From NCBI GenBank assembly GCA_036261885.1, contig DATAJY010000005.1, forward strand, positions 152,720-216,719: a DNA stretch of 64,000 nt. The letters run 5' to 3'. The DNA comes from Thermoanaerobaculia bacterium (lineage in GTDB: Bacteria; Acidobacteriota; Thermoanaerobaculia; Gp7-AA8). This document shows positions 63,170 through 64,000 of the stretch, one piece after another. The notes under the pieces were generated by a model that saw only the letters and a list, made by a program, of their open reading frames with translations, was not told the origin of the DNA and ran no database searches. A program made the position numbers and the translations under genes. Position 1 is the first letter of the stretch. Each line of letters begins with the position of its first letter.

Positions 63170-63951
63170 CGAGTCCCCTCGCCGAAAACAGAGGCCTGCG
63201 CATCGTCGTCGAAGTCTTCTGCGAGACCGTCGAACGCCACGCCGCCGGAACAGAGACCGATGACGCGATCGGCCATCCGCAGCGCCGTTTCGATCTGATG
63301 CAGCACGATCACGACGGTCATGCCGGTGCGTGCCACGGCGCTCCGCAGCTCGTCGCTCAGTTGTCGCACGAGGGCGCGATCGACCGACGCGAACGGCTCG
63401 TCGGCGAGCAGCAGCCGGGGGCGGCGCACGAAGGCACGCGCGATTCCGACGCGCTGGCGCTCGCCGCCGCTGAGCTTCGACACGCGCGTGTTGGCGCGAT
63501 GCAGCAAGCCGACTTCATCGAGCGCCTCTGCGGCGCGGATCACCATCTCCTCCGGCCACGCGAGCGGCGAGAGCGGATGGCGCATGTCGGCGAGGCCGAG
63601 CAACACGTTGTCGATGGCAGGCAGCCGATCGATCAGCGCGTGCTCCTGAAAAACCGTTCCGATGCGCGAGCGATGCGCCCGCAGCGCGGCACTGTTGTCG
63701 AGCGCTCCGATGCCCTCGACGGAGATCGCGCCCGAGGCGGGACGGAGCAGGCCGTTGAGCAGACAGAGAAGCGTGGTCTTGCCGACGCCGGATCGTCCGA
63801 CCACGGCGGTGATTTGTCCGTCGTGGATGTCGAACGAAATGCCGCGCAGCACGTCGGCCGCGCCGCGGCGCGCGGTCACGTCGTGCAACGCGATCGCCGC
63901 GCGGGATGCCGGCGACGCGTGATTCTTCACCGCTGAGATGGAGGCAGACAT
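63166..63951 (-). CDS. phnC: phosphonate-type ABC transporter ATP-binding protein (PhnC-like, 261 aa)
   Basis: Walker A 'GRSGVGKTT', signature 'LSGGERQRVGIARA' and Walker B 'LLLADEP'. ATG at 63951 (the longer ORF begins at an upstream GTG). Confidence 0.75.
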   Translation of the reverse strand: MSASISAVKNHASPASRAAIALHDVTARRGAADVLRGISFDIHDGQITAVVGRSGVGKTTLLCLLNGLLRPASGAISVEGIGALDNSAALRAHRSRIGTVFQEHALIDRLPAIDNVLLGLADMRHPLSPLAWPEEMVIRAAEALDEVGLLHRANTRVSKLSGGERQRVGIARAFVRRPRLLLADEPFASVDRALVRQLSDELRSAVARTGMTVVIVLHQIETALRMADRVIGLCSGGVAFDGLAEDFDDDAQASVFGEGTR

Positions 63952-64000
63952 GTCTGTGGGACATCGCCTCACCGCCCGTTGCGTTGGCGCGAAGCGTTAC

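Noticed and set aside
1-64000. Mobile elements, tRNA or rRNA genes.
   Set aside because: I found no transposase or integrase motifs (DDE, tyrosine recombinase R..H..R..Y), no terminal inverted repeats, and no intergenic gap with tRNA-like cloverleaf potential. Intergenic gaps are mostly under 150 bp.

Overview
This is a 64 kb high-GC (roughly 68-70%) bacterial chromosomal segment, densely coded on both strands. Many adjacent genes overlap by 4 bp (ATGA/GTGA), which suggests translational coupling. I found no rRNA, tRNA, CRISPR array, transposase or integrase, so it does not look like a classic mobile island, but it is clearly accessory in content. The main blocks, left to right, are: (1) a conserved hypothetical followed by a small Cys-rich secreted protein coupled to a big carboxypeptidase-regulatory-like (CarbopepD_reg) secreted protein, then a CASTOR/POLLUX-like RCK ion channel. 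(2) A copper/redox locus: a tandem SCO1/SenC chaperone overlapping a cytochrome c-periplasmic binding protein fusion; glycosyltransferase genes with an embedded PhyH dioxygenase; a 2589-aa multicopper-oxidase-like giant carrying four tandem cupredoxin (type-1 Cu) domains; and a co-transcribed YVTN beta-propeller protein. (3) An all-minus-strand biosynthetic-looking operon downstream of an ECF sigma factor (two overlapping coupled sub-clusters, with a ~20 bp gap after the acyl-CoA dehydrogenase stop): AroD/AroE-like shikimate dehydrogenase fusion, two lipocalin-like paralogs, acyl-CoA dehydrogenase, a membrane protein, two luciferase-like monooxygenases and a GT2. A Lys-rich histone-like protein, a 712-aa unknown protein and a GT lie further downstream on the same strand. 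(4) A second small-Cys-protein plus CarbopepD_reg pair, a multi-TM Ser/Thr kinase divergent from a LuxR regulator, and two unknown genes that each follow a repeated ~70 bp intergenic element. (5) An ECF sigma convergent with a DoxX-, Rieske-FAD reductase-, tyrosinase- and free tyrosinase-C-terminal-domain-paralog unit. (6) A tail-fibre-like protein with an S74 chaperone domain, a STAND-type kinase-AAA-TPR protein, and an ECF sigma / anti-sigma(TPR-CHAT) / hypothetical operon. (7) A GH18-like gene, a PatA/PatG-like S8 protease and two paralogous 10-Cys leader-bearing small peptides, which I read as a putative novel RiPP-type system. (8) A sterol-desaturase-family hydroxylase, an ArsR-rhodanese regulator with an AT-rich palindromic operator, and phnCDE-like transporter genes. 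All functional calls come from motifs I can read in the translations; no database search was possible.
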